DNA of 64,000 nucleotides from assembly GCA_965603825.1 (NCBI GenBank), contig CBFDEM010000011.1, positions 558,001 to 622,000 of the forward strand, in the 5' to 3' direction. The position numbers and the translations under genes are program-made. The DNA is from Blepharisma stoltei ATCC 30299 (Eukaryota; Protista; Ciliophora). A model generated the notes under the pieces. That model was not told the DNA's origin, did no database searches, and saw only the letters and a list, made by a program, of their open reading frames with translations. Of the stretch, positions 36,464-47,531 are shown one piece after another; positions within the stretch are counted from its first letter, which is position 1, and every line of letters starts with the position of its first letter.

Positions 36464-38152
36464 ATGTTTATGATGAATACAAAAACATGTGAAGTTTGTA
36501 ATGGGCCTGGAGAACTGATTTGCTTTTGCAAGCAGGCCATTCTGTGTAGTAGCTGTGTAGGAAGGCATATCATTTCAGATATAAGCTCAAGTCATAAGCC
36601 AGTCGCGCTGAGTGAAAGCCAATTGACTTCTTTGATGGCTGAAAATTGGCACGAACTCTGTGCGACTGAAGCACAGATTTTAGCTCAGGCGTCTCAAAAA
36701 CAAGAGGTTTTAGCATATATAAAATCCCGTTTGGAAAAAGAAATCTCAGCAGTCGACGAATTTCAAAATCTTTCCATTCAATTTATTACAGAAATTGTAA
36801 AAGTGATAGAGCGAGATCTGCTTTCAGCAGCTGAGGATATGACTTTAAAAGTAATCAACCAATGTGGGATTGTGAAAAAACAAATCGCAGAAGCTTTAGA
36901 TATGATCAAAAAAGGAGATTATCAGTACAATGAGCTTGCAAATGCACTGACAAGCTGCTTAACTTGTGAAGAGGTCAATAAGTTCGAAATTCTCAAGAAA
37001 AGGGTAGACTACAGCCAAACTGATATGAAAAATACCATAGTAAGCCAGTTTATTTTTGAAATTGGCCTTAAAAGTAGCAGCAACTCTAACACCCCAGCTC
37101 CAGACCCAAAGCAAGCAAAATCTCCCATGATTGACACAGCTTCACCTAAAAAAATCCCACAGATTTCTATGCCGAAGCAAAAATCAAGAATAACCACCCC
37201 AAAAGTTGGCTTTCGAGACGTAAAACGGACAAAAACCCAAAATCCTTTTGAATTTTCAGACGATGAAAATTACGTCGCTTTGACCTCAAGAGAAAGCTCA
37301 GAATATGAAGCACCCAGGATGTCAACTGCCCAAACCCAACGCGAAATAAAATCAAGAATGCAGAGAAGTAGCTCAGTTTCCAGGAAAAAAATTATTTCTG
37401 CTATGCTTTATTGCTTTATCCCTGGTGTGAAATTTTTGACCACTTTTAATACCTCTATTGAAGAATTTTCAAAAATTAATATAAAAAGCCGAGATGTCGG
37501 GCTTGATGGGAGTGCTTGGACTATAACCCCAGATGGGCTAATTGTGATCACAGGAGGTCTGCAGATATCTCCAAAACGGTCAACATGGATTTTCAATGTG
37601 GTTTCTCAAGACCTTACTATTGGCCCTGCTATGAAAAACCCTAGGTTTAATCATGCGATTTTGAATATTGGAGAATTTGTATACGTTTTTGGCGGTTTTA
37701 ATAATGGGACACTAAAAGAATGCGAAAGACTGAATGTCTCACAAAGGACCTGGCAGAAAATTGCGAATTTAAATACTCCTAGAGAAAGCTGTTCAGCTGC
37801 GTTTATTAAAGGAAATATTTATATAGCAGGAGGTGCAGATACTATTGAAGCTTATAATATTGCAGGAAATAGATTTTCGCAGTTAAAAATAAAAATCCCA
37901 GACAGTCTGCGGTGCTTTATGTTTCCAATTGACAACCAATTGATCATTTTCCACGGCAAAAAAATCACAAAAGTTGACCCTTTCAATCCTCAGAATATTG
38001 AAGATATAAAGGACTTGCCTGAAGAAGACTGGTGGAGCCCTGCAAGCTACGTTTTAAATGAAAAATCAGTGTTTTTCATTAGGAGATTCTTTATTCATAA
38101 GTATGATGTAGAAGAAAATCTATTATTCCCAGTCCAGTCGTGCACGAATTAA
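36464..38152 (+). CDS. B-box-like Zn finger + coiled coil + Kelch-repeat protein, about 562 aa
   Basis: CEVC...ICFC...LCSSCVGRH; Kelch GG motifs IVITGG, MKNPRFNH...VYVFGG, LNTPRESCS...IYIAGG. The true start may be ATG 36470 or 36473. Confidence 0.8.
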   Translation: MFMMNTKTCEVCNGPGELICFCKQAILCSSCVGRHIISDISSSHKPVALSESQLTSLMAENWHELCATEAQILAQASQKQEVLAYIKSRLEKEISAVDEFQNLSIQFITEIVKVIERDLLSAAEDMTLKVINQCGIVKKQIAEALDMIKKGDYQYNELANALTSCLTCEEVNKFEILKKRVDYSQTDMKNTIVSQFIFEIGLKSSSNSNTPAPDPKQAKSPMIDTASPKKIPQISMPKQKSRITTPKVGFRDVKRTKTQNPFEFSDDENYVALTSRESSEYEAPRMSTAQTQREIKSRMQRSSSVSRKKIISAMLYCFIPGVKFLTTFNTSIEEFSKINIKSRDVGLDGSAWTITPDGLIVITGGLQISPKRSTWIFNVVSQDLTIGPAMKNPRFNHAILNIGEFVYVFGGFNNGTLKECERLNVSQRTWQKIANLNTPRESCSAAFIKGNIYIAGGADTIEAYNIAGNRFSQLKIKIPDSLRCFMFPIDNQLIIFHGKKITKVDPFNPQNIEDIKDLPEEDWWSPASYVLNEKSVFFIRRFFIHKYDVEENLLFPVQSCTN

Positions 38153-38172
38153 TTTGGTTAAATTAAAAATAA

Positions 38173-38646
38173 ATGATAAATCTTGCAAATAAGCCACTGA
38201 CGATTCTTCCCTTGCAGACTTTGCTCTATTTTGACTGGCTGTATTCAGCTTGGTACTTTGCAGTAGCTACTATGATTTATATATACAAAGGCTCTTATCT
38301 GATTTATCCTTATAATACAATTGCTCCGGAATATGCCGGGCTGTGTTTTTTTGCCGTTTTGCAATTTTTTAGGATTTTTGTAGGTAATAATAATGCAGGC
38401 TCTGTGGCTAATAAAAGTGAAGGTATCAGTGCTGTTTTGTGGTTTCTTGCCTTGTCAATCCCAGCTATTTTGGCCAGCATCTTTTATATAGCTCTGCAAA
38501 CTTTTGTGTATTTTTTATTCAGGTTTAATGCTGACGTCGTGACAAATGCGATATTACTATTTTTCCAAGTGACTGAGGCGATCTTTGGGTTTTTGATGTT
38601 TATTAAGTTTAAAAAAGCCCCACCTAGAGGTAAAGCTCCATTTTAA
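38173..38646 (+). CDS. TMEM216: Ciliary transition-zone membrane protein, TMEM216/TMEM17 family (147 aa after two in-frame introns)
   Basis: LPLQTLLYFD, YKGSYLIYP; after splicing RIFVGSVANKSE and LQTFVFNAD; four TM segments. Confidence 0.75.
   Translation: MINLANKPLTILPLQTLLYFDWLYSAWYFAVATMIYIYKGSYLIYPYNTIAPEYAGLCFFAVLQFFRIFVGNNNAGSVANKSEGISAVLWFLALSIPAILASIFYIALQTFVYFLFRFNADVVTNAILLFFQVTEAIFGFLMFIKFKKAPPRGKAPF
38384..38398 (+). other. 15-nt intron GTAATAATAATGCAG (no in-frame stop)
   Basis: Fits window consensus (GTA, A10, AG); removal deletes an out-of-place NNNAG insert. Confidence 0.8.
38508..38522 (+). other. 15-nt intron GTATTTTTTATTCAG (no in-frame stop)
   Basis: Fits consensus; removal gives QTFVFNAD, matching the family QTYVLxxD/E spacing. 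Confidence 0.75.
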
Positions 38647-38676
38647 TTGACAATTAATTCATAATTATTTTTTATT

Positions 38677-39333
38677 ATGGAAGAAGAAGAAAAACTCCTT
38701 ATCCCATATCAAGAAAAAGACGAAGGAAACCGGCTTTATAAGCTTGGAGAAATTGAAAATGCCAGTAAATCTTACTCAAAAGCCCTTCTCGCTGTAAATT
38801 ATTTATTCAAAGATGCAAAAATTGTTGAAGAAGACGCAATGAAATACGTAAAAGAAATAAAAATCCCTTGTCTTTTAAACCTTTCAGCTTGTTACCTAAA
38901 ATTGAAAAGTTCTTATGAAAATGTGATTATTCATTGCTCTGATGTTTTAAGTATAGAGCCAGAGAATTCCAAAGCACTTTATAGAAGAGGAGTAGCTAAT
39001 ATGGAGCTTGCGAATTATGATGAGGCCAGAAAAGACTTAAAAGAAGCCAGAAATCTGGAGCCGAATGATAACAACATATATGAAGCACAGGTAGAGCTGA
39101 AGAAAAAAATTAGTGCTTATAAAGAAAAAACAAAAAAAATCGCACAAAAGACGTTTGAAAGCAAAAAAGAGCCGATAAAAGAATCTAGCCAAGAGGCTAC
39201 AAAAGAGCAAGAGGCTACAATAGAGCAGTCTCTCCAAGATCCACAGCCAATCCCAGACCTGCAGCCTGCAACACAGCCATATTTTTATTTTTTATTTAAA
39301 TGTTGCAGAAGAAGAGCTAATATTCAGCATTAA
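38677..39333 (+). CDS. Hsp90 co-chaperone-type TPR protein (FKBP/TTC9-like TPR clamp), 218 aa
   Basis: KDEGNRLYK, CLLNLSACYLK, NSKALYRRGVA; C-terminal hydrophobic segment then KCCRRR. Confidence 0.8.
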   Translation: MEEEEKLLIPYQEKDEGNRLYKLGEIENASKSYSKALLAVNYLFKDAKIVEEDAMKYVKEIKIPCLLNLSACYLKLKSSYENVIIHCSDVLSIEPENSKALYRRGVANMELANYDEARKDLKEARNLEPNDNNIYEAQVELKKKISAYKEKTKKIAQKTFESKKEPIKESSQEATKEQEATIEQSLQDPQPIPDLQPATQPYFYFLFKCCRRRANIQH

Positions 39334-39396
39334 GTCGGGAAAATTCCTGACCATTTTTTGTTAAATAGAGAATTATTCAATAAAAGTCTTATAATT

Positions 39397-39792
39397 TTAC
39401 ATAGGCAATAATCCTGAGCTATAAATTTCTGTTTTACATCTTGGGCATATATGAGAAGTATCCAGGCATGGCCTGCACATAAAAGGAACGCAGCAGCATG
39501 GAATAAGTAAGCACACCATAGCGCAGCAGCACAAATATGATATAAGTCCAGGCTTAAGCTTTGTAATTGTAATTACCTCATTTTTGCATTTAGGGCAGAT
39601 TACAAGCTGCACATTTTGGTGATTTTGTATAGGCAATTTTGTTTCATTATGCTGAGGTGCCTCTGTTTTAGCTTCACTTTGTGTTTCTAGTTGTGATTCA
39701 GGGGTAGGCACTTCTAAATTTTCTGAAATACCGTCAGTTGTTTTAGCTTCTTCAATTAGAGGCTGATTTGTGTCACATTGCTGCTCATCCAT
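39397..39792 (-). CDS. LITAF-domain protein
   Basis: CPKC...hydrophobic Cys-rich segment...CCVPFM...DTSHICPRC. Confidence 0.88.
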   Translation of the reverse strand: MDEQQCDTNQPLIEEAKTTDGISENLEVPTPESQLETQSEAKTEAPQHNETKLPIQNHQNVQLVICPKCKNEVITITKLKPGLISYLCCCAMVCLLIPCCCVPFMCRPCLDTSHICPRCKTEIYSSGLLPM

Positions 39793-40009
39793 TAGGGTAT
39801 AAATAATTTATTTGCAACTTATGAATAGTTAGGCAGATTTTCATTATAATATTAATTAAATAAATAGCTCGAATGCAATATATTACTTCTCTTTTCTTAG
39901 ATAAACAAACTGAAAAAGCCTTTATTTTCTACTCTTATCAATGGTATTTTTTATGATTTTTTCATATTTTCTCTACTTTAGAAGATTCCGTTAATAATTA
40001 AGTCTGAAT

Positions 40010-40690
40010 ATGAATTGTTATAAACATCAAAGATCTCATAGCTTGAAGTCCTCAAAAAGCACCTCAAAAATCTCTCCTTTATTTAGCATACTTAAATTCA
40101 TCAATCCTACTAATCAAAGAGAAATCGACTTAGAGGATATGGTAATTTTTATATAGAATTCTCTATTAATAAATGTCCCAGAAGAGCAAAAATTAAAAGT
40201 TCAACAAATTTTCCAGCGTTATATTATTTCTACAAAGAAATTCTGAATGCCAATATCTACTTTTCTGAAAATGTATGATGGAAATATTGCTGATAGTCAT
40301 CGAAAATTAACTGCAAAAGAAAAAGAGCATGCGATTTCTCGCATAAACAGTTACTTAACTCAAAAAAATTCTAATCAAAATTTAAAGCATAAGCGAGGGG
40401 TTTCATTTTTCGATATTAACACAAACTTGAAACAAACTACAAAGAAGCTTGGGAATGAAAGGAATTTTATTACTTACGATGAATCTTTTGCAGATCCTGC
40501 AATTTATTCGTCATTTAGTTCTGGGAGTAATAAATCTTTTATTAATGATTCTATTTGTAAAGAAAAGGATAAGAGGATGCCGCTATGTGAAAATGTTATG
40601 AGAAGCTGTCTGTTAAGAAAAAGTGATCTCGGCGAATTAAATAGGGCTAGGAACGGTCATAAAAGGCAGAATAGTTTGTTTGTTAATTAA
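40010..40690 (+). CDS. Hypothetical protein, 221 aa, one intron and one TGA
   Basis: ATG 40010; frame continues across intron 40142-40156 and TGA 40244 into track ORF 40247. Confidence 0.65.
40142..40156 (+). other. 15-nt intron GTAATTTTTATATAG (in-frame TAG)
   Basis: Consensus match; joins two open frames. Confidence 0.8.
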
Positions 40691-40936
40691 ATTAATGTAA
40701 ACTTATGTAGTTTTTCTGCTTTGAATATATAGTTTCAACAAAAATTGAGAAAAAATTATGCAGTTTTTAGAATGCTAGGATAGGTTGGCTATTTTTGCTT
40801 ATGAAGTCTGAGCAGTTTTGTTTTAAGACTTCGTGGATTTCGGTAAGAAGTAAAATCAATAAACTAAGATATTATTCAGCAATAATACTATAAAATACTT
40901 ATTAAAAATAATTTGATGGCTTACCAGATATTTTAA

Positions 40937-41482
40937 TTAGTGTTTATTGCTCAGCTTATCACATAACCACTCTATCCCTTCTTCAAGACCTTGCCCAGTT
41001 ATCGCCGAGCTAGCTTGCAAATTTCATTCATGATCTCTAATTGATACTAAATCCAATAGTTCTGAAATTTGATTAGGAGGTGCTGCAACAGGTAAATCTT
41101 GCTTATTTGCCAAAATCAAAACTGGGGCAGCCCTTAAATCAGCATGTAAAAGCAAATTAAAAAGCTCCATCTTCGCCAATAAAGCATTATGAACATCAGC
41201 ACTATCAACTACAAAAATTACAGCTTCTGTAGACACAAAATATGTACTTCACGAAGCCCTCAAAGATTCTTGGCCGCCTAGATCTCACACCTGAAGCCTG
41301 ACGTTTCCTTGCTTGATTTCTTCCACATTGCTGCCAATTGTGGGATGAGCACTAACAACTTCGCCTAGGCGCAGCTTGTAAAGGATAGTGGTCTTGCCAG
41401 CATTTGCGAGTCCTACTAGGACGATTTTATATTCATAATCCTTTCTAAGTTTCCTCCATAGTCTAGATAAGAATAACCCCAT
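40937..41482 (-). CDS. ARL5: ARF-like GTPase ARL5, 181 aa
   Basis: [29 protein letters not shown](TGA)[12 protein letters not shown](TGA)-STY, ANKQDL, HE-W(TGA)[13 protein letters not shown]; TAA at 40937-40939. Confidence 0.92.
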
Positions 41483-41596
41483 TATTTCATAACTATTTGA
41501 TTTAATTATACTTTTATAAGGTAAATAAATATTTTTTAATAGAAAATTACTATATTGCTAAGGATGGAGGATTTCTAAAAATAGTCATTAAGTCTT

Positions 41597-42214
41597 TTAA
41601 AACTCGTCTAAGTCGTTTGCTGACTGAGGCCTGGTGAATTTATTTTCTCTTCTTGAGGTAGGATATGCACTGTTTGGTCTTAAAGTCCTGTTACTTCTGA
41701 CCCCAGAGCTCATAATTCCAGTGCCATCAAGGATCTCGTTAATTGTATAGGACGTTCTGCTTGGAATTCTCCTAGCATTTTCAGAAAGTTGATAAGCTAG
41801 ATACTCATGCTGTCTATAGTCTTGATCTAGCTTTCTTGCATTATAATGTGACCCAGCCGTATTTATTTTCCTCAAAATTCTTCTGTTTTCTTCACTAATT
41901 TTGGTCAGTTCTTCAATTCTATTTTTTCTATTAAGCGATTTTAACGAAGAACTGATAGGAGTTGCTGCTTGGCTTGGCTTTGTATCAATTAATAAAAGCT
42001 TTTGTAAAAGCAGATGGTTTGTGTGCTGCATTTCATTGAGCCGTTCTTCTTCTTTTAAGCCTTTTTTCGCTTTGCTGAAAACATGCGGCATTTTTCTTGG
42101 AGGCTTGTTGTCAATTCTTGACTTGATTTTGCCAAGTTTATATTGGTGGATTAGGTGTTCACGAGCGAAGTCTAGCTCTTGTGTAATTTTGCATGATGCT
42201 TTTTGGTTCCACAT
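41597..42214 (-). CDS. CFAP97/KIAA1430 (Hemingway)-domain ciliary protein
   Basis: HQYKLGKIKSRIDNKPP...EERLNEMQHTNHLLLQKL...SLNRKNRIEELTKISEENRRILRKI pattern. Confidence 0.75.
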   Translation of the reverse strand: MWNQKASCKITQELDFAREHLIHQYKLGKIKSRIDNKPPRKMPHVFSKAKKGLKEEERLNEMQHTNHLLLQKLLLIDTKPSQAATPISSSLKSLNRKNRIEELTKISEENRRILRKINTAGSHYNARKLDQDYRQHEYLAYQLSENARRIPSRTSYTINEILDGTGIMSSGVRSNRTLRPNSAYPTSRRENKFTRPQSANDLDEF

Positions 42215-42338
42215 TTTAAATTAAATGGCAATTCAATAACTTAAAAATTCAAACTTAGATGATAATAAATCGAAATATTGAATTCTTGTAAAAAAAATAA
42301 AAATTTATGACATTTTATTAAAAACAGAATTCTTATAA

Positions 42339-43475
42339 TTACTCATGATACCAATTTGGAGTTAACTGTCTAAACAGCTCAGGATTTCCTGCATTTAATT
42401 CTTCTTGAGTCCAATTGAATAAGCAAGGCAGCTCTTCTCCATTAGGAAGCCTAGTGTCTTGATCTCTAAGTACATCAAAACAAGGATGAGCCAAGCTTTG
42501 CAGAGCTGTAGGTCTTATCTGAGGAGAATACACTAACAAACTTGCTATAAAATCAATGATATCCTGAGGAGTCCTTGCTTTAAAAACTCTATTTCAAGGA
42601 TGTTGCCTAATTTGAGGGAACTTATTTTCAGTGTAACTTGGGTTCATATCATAAATTTGTTCTCTTGTAGGTGTTCCTAGGATTTTTATAATTTCTACAA
42701 GCTGGTCGACTCCGCTTTCTCCCGGAAAGAGAGGCTGTCCCAATAGCAATTCTGCGACAACAGCTCCAGCGCTTCACACGTCAATAGCTGGGGTATAATC
42801 AGTAGCACCAAAAATTAACTCAGGAGCTCTATAATATCTTGAGCAAATGTAGCTAACATTTGGCTCTCCACGTACCAGTTTTTTAGCTGAGCCAAAATCA
42901 CAAAGCTTTATTTTATGCGTATTTGTATCCACCAGCACATTCTGAGGCTTGATATCACGATGGCAGACACCTACTGCATGAAGATAAGCCAAACCTCTCA
43001 TCAGCTGATAAGCATATAATTTCACTAATAAAATAGGCACAGGCTGTCTCATCCTGCTATATTGTTTTGTGACTCTGTATAAGGTGTCTGGAATAAAGTC
43101 CATCACTACGTTTAAATACAGCTCATCAGGTCTTTCCCCTGAGGTGTAAAAGGCATGGCGGAGGGTAACAACATTTGGGTGATTCAATTCTTTCATTATT
43201 TGGAGTTCACGATTTTTATATCTCCGATCTTGTAAAACCTTTTTGATTGCGACTGTTTCTCCGGTTTCTGCGATTACAGCTTGGTAAACTTTTCCAAAGC
43301 TGCCTTGCCCGACTACTTTGTCACAATTATATGTAAAGCTGCCACTCCCTATTTTGCGTTCTTCAATGTTCATGCGGTTCATTGAGTCACTTAGGTCGCC
43401 TACACGCCTCCTTGCAGAAGTTGATGACACATTGTGCGCGACACTTGTGTTTGGTGCTTTGGTTGATCTCTCCAT
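42339..43475 (-). CDS. GSK3: GSK3/shaggy kinase, 378 aa
   Basis: [50 protein letters not shown](TGA)-SAG, QHP-W(TGA)-NRVF. Confidence 0.97.
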
Positions 43476-43585
43476 TTTTTAATGATATTTAAATTCGTGA
43501 ATAAAATTGCTTAACAATGTAGGAAAATCCAATACTAAGATTTTCTGTGGAATTTTTAGGAGATTAATAAGGAAATTCTAATTAT

Positions 43586-44143
43586 CTATAAAGTAAATAA
43601 AACTTTTTCGTCGAAATGTTTCCTGAACTCTAAAATGGCTTCTCTTCCCAGTATATCTTTAAGTTTAAGCCCAACACTCTGTATGTAGCGCTCTTCAATT
43701 GAATCTGTCCAAATAGCGATTCTGAACCTGTTTACGCGGACAGAAAGTTCAGCTCCACAAATGTGTGGTGATAAGTCCAAGAATTGGCACCCAATTAAAG
43801 CCAGCTCTGAATTTAGCCATTGTTCATTAATTTTTTCTAAGTGTTCAGTCTTAAAAGACCAGGCTCCTCCTTGAGCATTGCGAGGGTCTTCCCACTCTGG
43901 CAGAATTCCTTCTCTGAATAGAAAATAATCCCCTCTGCCTTTGATATCTGTGGGAACTTTAATGTTGTTGTAGACGTGCCAAAAATCTTCCACGGTCTTA
44001 AAAGTGTTGATTTTTTTAAGTCTTTCTTCCCAGGCTTTGAGGGTGATTTTTTGCTTGTTGGTTTTTTTCTTGTTGCGTGTTACGTAGAAGTCCCATGGGT
44101 ATTCTAAATCATGACCCATTTTATTACTTATTGTATGTGACAT
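43586..44143 (-). CDS. EIF4E: Cap-binding translation initiation factor eIF4E family member
   Basis: HDLEYPWDF, TVEDFWHVY, LFREGILPEWEDPRNAQGGAW, RIAIWT. Confidence 0.93.
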   Translation of the reverse strand: MSHTISNKMGHDLEYPWDFYVTRNKKKTNKQKITLKAWEERLKKINTFKTVEDFWHVYNNIKVPTDIKGRGDYFLFREGILPEWEDPRNAQGGAWSFKTEHLEKINEQWLNSELALIGCQFLDLSPHICGAELSVRVNRFRIAIWTDSIEERYIQSVGLKLKDILGREAILEFRKHFDEKVLFTL

Positions 44144-44679
44144 TTTGGTTTTTAGCCATAATTAAATAAAGGTAATGCTAAAGTAAAAATTTAAAGAGAT
44201 TGTGATAAAATTAAAATTGGGGAGGTAGATGAAAGTGAAGAGACTAGAGAGAATGAGGACGCAGCCAATATAAATTGGGACTTCGGAATAAGAATTGGGC
44301 TTTTCTTGGGATTTGTATTTAAAATAAGAGGATGTCTAACTGATTTTGCTGAAGAATATATAAAATATTTATCTTTTATTTATTATATCAATATTTTTAT
44401 TTATTTTTATGAGATAAGATTGATTTATCAACAATTTAAAATATAGTACTCAATTACCTTATCTATTAAAATCAGATGATTCCTGATCCTCAGTTTTTAC
44501 TAATTTTTTATTTCTCTGGAAATGCCTGACTTTATCTTATCTTTTTTCTTCTTTCATCTTATGCTCATATATGAAAATTTCTAAATATTCAATGAAATTT
44601 CATATTTATTGTAAAGAAATAAAGGCTGAAATTTTCCCAAATGATTTATTCGTAACTAATAATTTTAAAGCTCTATAAA

Positions 44680-45804
44680 ATGAATGATAAAAAAATCCTC
44701 ATGTTGCAATCTTTATCAACCTCAAAACTAAGCCAGACCTTCAGTGAACTTAACTCGTCACCATATTCAAAAGGTCTGAACCATAAAAGAAACCAGTCGT
44801 CAATAACCAAGCTTCCACAAGAATTAAAGCGGACAATTACCCTGACTAAACTAGCACAAAAAGAATCAATCTCACCGGTAGCAAAATGCAATTTAAGCCC
44901 TATTAAGATCTCTAATGGGAAATCACCTATGAATTCTCAGAAACCCAGAAATAAGGCACTGTTATGGGATAATCTTATTAATCCAACGATTTTGGAAAAA
45001 ATCAGAGCGAATTATGAAGAAAAATTGAAAAACTGTGAAATTAGAACAAAAACATTTTTGGTTAATTTATATTGTGAAACGTTGGATGAGATTGTGGTTT
45101 CGATGCCAGCTTTAAGCATCCTAAAAGATATAAAATTCGGCCTGAAAAATATTTTAGACGAGGATTCACCAGGAATTGCGAATGGTGACTCTAAAATAGA
45201 ATTTAAATTAAAAGCTCAAGCAGGAACTATTCAGCAACTTAAAAAAAATAAATTAGAGCTTGAGAAGAAATTGATTATTTTGAGTAACGAAAATGTGGAA
45301 CTCTTAGCGAAAATTGATACAATATCGAATGAGCTGAAATATTTAAAAGATTTCCAAAATGATCAACCAAAATCACAGCATATACTAAACTCTCTTATGG
45401 AAGAAACCAAAAGAAAAGGCGAAATGATAAAAATTTTGAATATCGAAAACCACGAGCTGCGATTAAAAGAGGCTAGATTCTTAAAAACATTAAATACAAT
45501 GAAATCTCAAGGAATCAATATTTCAGCTTATCTATCCTTGCCAAGAAATGATTTTAATAAAAATAACGAAAATTCTGACTCAAAGGATAAGTTTCCTTTG
45601 AGATTTTTAACTATGTCATCAGAGAATAAAGTTTCGAGTGAAAATATATCAGAAGATGAAAGCGATAATTCCATTGAAGAGAAATGCTTTATGAAGCAAA
45701 AATCGTTGGTGCCTGATTTAGATATAAAAAGAGTTCGGTCCGACTCATTTTTGGAGCTTTATGAAAGCTATGAGGTTTCGGAGCAACCATGAATAAGGCG
45801 CTAA
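44680..45804 (+). CDS. Coiled-coil family paralog 1 of 4 (ends ...EQPWIRR)
   Basis: Shared motifs SSPY, LSNENVEL, LMEETKRKGE, VPDLxIxxxxSDSF; TGA 45790 read as W, TAA 45802-45804. Confidence 0.8.
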
Positions 45805-46231
45805 AACCGAGTTTGTGTACCGTATAAATAATTTAAACTTAAATAAGAGTTAAAGAAATATTTTTGAAATTTTTGAAACTAAAAATGCATAATAAAAATA
45901 AATTCTTTTATAATTAATTATATATGTAAAATATACTACAATTTTCAAATATAATTTCCTAAAACATCTAATATTAATAATGCACAAGAAAAAAAGCTGG
46001 GACATTGATAAATTTTCAATTAAATAAAAGTTGAATTTATTACTTCATTACTTGAAACTCTTAATACTCTATATTATAAAATATTCATAAAATATGGATG
46101 GCAAATTTCATAATAAACCTGATTTTCACTGGCTAAACCGTATTCAAAAAGTACTTGGCGAGTGCATTAGCAACCATAAAATTCTTCATCAATGTATTTA
46201 GTAGTTAACAATTTAAATATAATTAATCATT

Positions 46232-47347
46232 ATGAATGATTCCAAAAAGCCTCGAATTCTGCCTTTACTGTACTCAAAACTTAGCCTATCATTAACTGAT
46301 TTGACTTCTTCGCCTTATTTAAAACCTGTTTTCAATATAAGGAAGAAGCAAAATCCAATTAAACTTCCTCCACAAAGAACGATTACAACTATTAGCCACC
46401 AAATAACTATCTCCAAGGAGAATATTTCTGGAACAAAAAACTCTCTATTAAAATCGAATACAAGTGTAGCTAGACTTCCAATGATAAACCAATCTTTATC
46501 TCCAATCTCTAGAGATAATAAAGACATCTCGTGGGACCTTGTTTTAGACAACACAAAATTTGATAAAATTTTGAGAGATTTTAAGGAAAAATTAAAATCT
46601 ATTTCTGAAAAGCCCAAAATCTTTGCTTTAAAAATTTATTTTGAAACATTCGAAGAAGTTCTTCTTTTGTTGCCAGGACTACAGATTTTGCGAGAAATAA
46701 AAGATGGGCTGAGAAATATATTGAAAGAAGAAAGCTCCGTTTCAGATAATATTGAGTTCGAAAAAAAAGCAAAATTGTTAGAAATCAAAGTAGAAGAATA
46801 TAAAAAATACAAAGCAGAGATTGATAAAAAACTTAAAATACTCAGCAATGAAAATATTGAGCTGATAAATCAGATTGAAAAACTTAAGAAAGAAAACGAT
46901 GTTTTTCTTGGAAATACTGAAGGGATGAAGTCTCAAAATTATTTAAATATGCTGTTGGAAGAATCTAAAAGAAAAGGAGAGACAATTAAGATTTTAAATG
47001 CAGAAAATTATGAATTGAGAAAAAAAGATGCAAAATTGATGAAAATGATAGAATTTGCAAGAAACAAAGGAACAACTTATAATTTTTCCAAAAAAAGCTC
47101 GATAAAAGAAAAAGAGAATGAAAGTATCAAAATAAATCCAAAAAGATCGCTGCCTTCTAAACAATTAACAGTAATTCCGTCGAAAAAAAAACTAAAATCA
47201 CTAGGTGATTACAATGAAAATGAAAATATAAATTCAAAAAAATCATCACCGGTACCTGAGCTTGATATAACTCGCATAAAATCTGACTCCTTTTTAGATC
47301 TTTATGAAAACAAAGAAATTTCTGATGACGTTTGACTCAGAGAATAA
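46232..47347 (+). CDS. Coiled-coil family paralog 2 of 4 (ends ...DDVWLRE)
   Basis: Same motifs; TGA 47333 read as W, TAA 47345-47347. Confidence 0.8.
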
Positions 47348-47531
47348 AATTTATTAATTATTTAATATAATTAAATATTCCTACCTAAATTTAGTGTTTT
47401 GTATTAAAACTTTCTTATCTTAAAAAATTCATCCAGCTAAGCAATCCATTTTGTAAAGTTTTTTTAAATTAATTAATATATTTATCTTATCATCATTTTT
47501 TTTCATATTTTATAACTATACTAAAATAATA

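Noticed and set aside
39334-39351. Small hairpin GTCGGGAA-AA-TTCCTGAC after the TPR gene stop
   Set aside because: 8-bp stem with a wobble pair; expected by chance, and bacterial-type terminators do not apply here.
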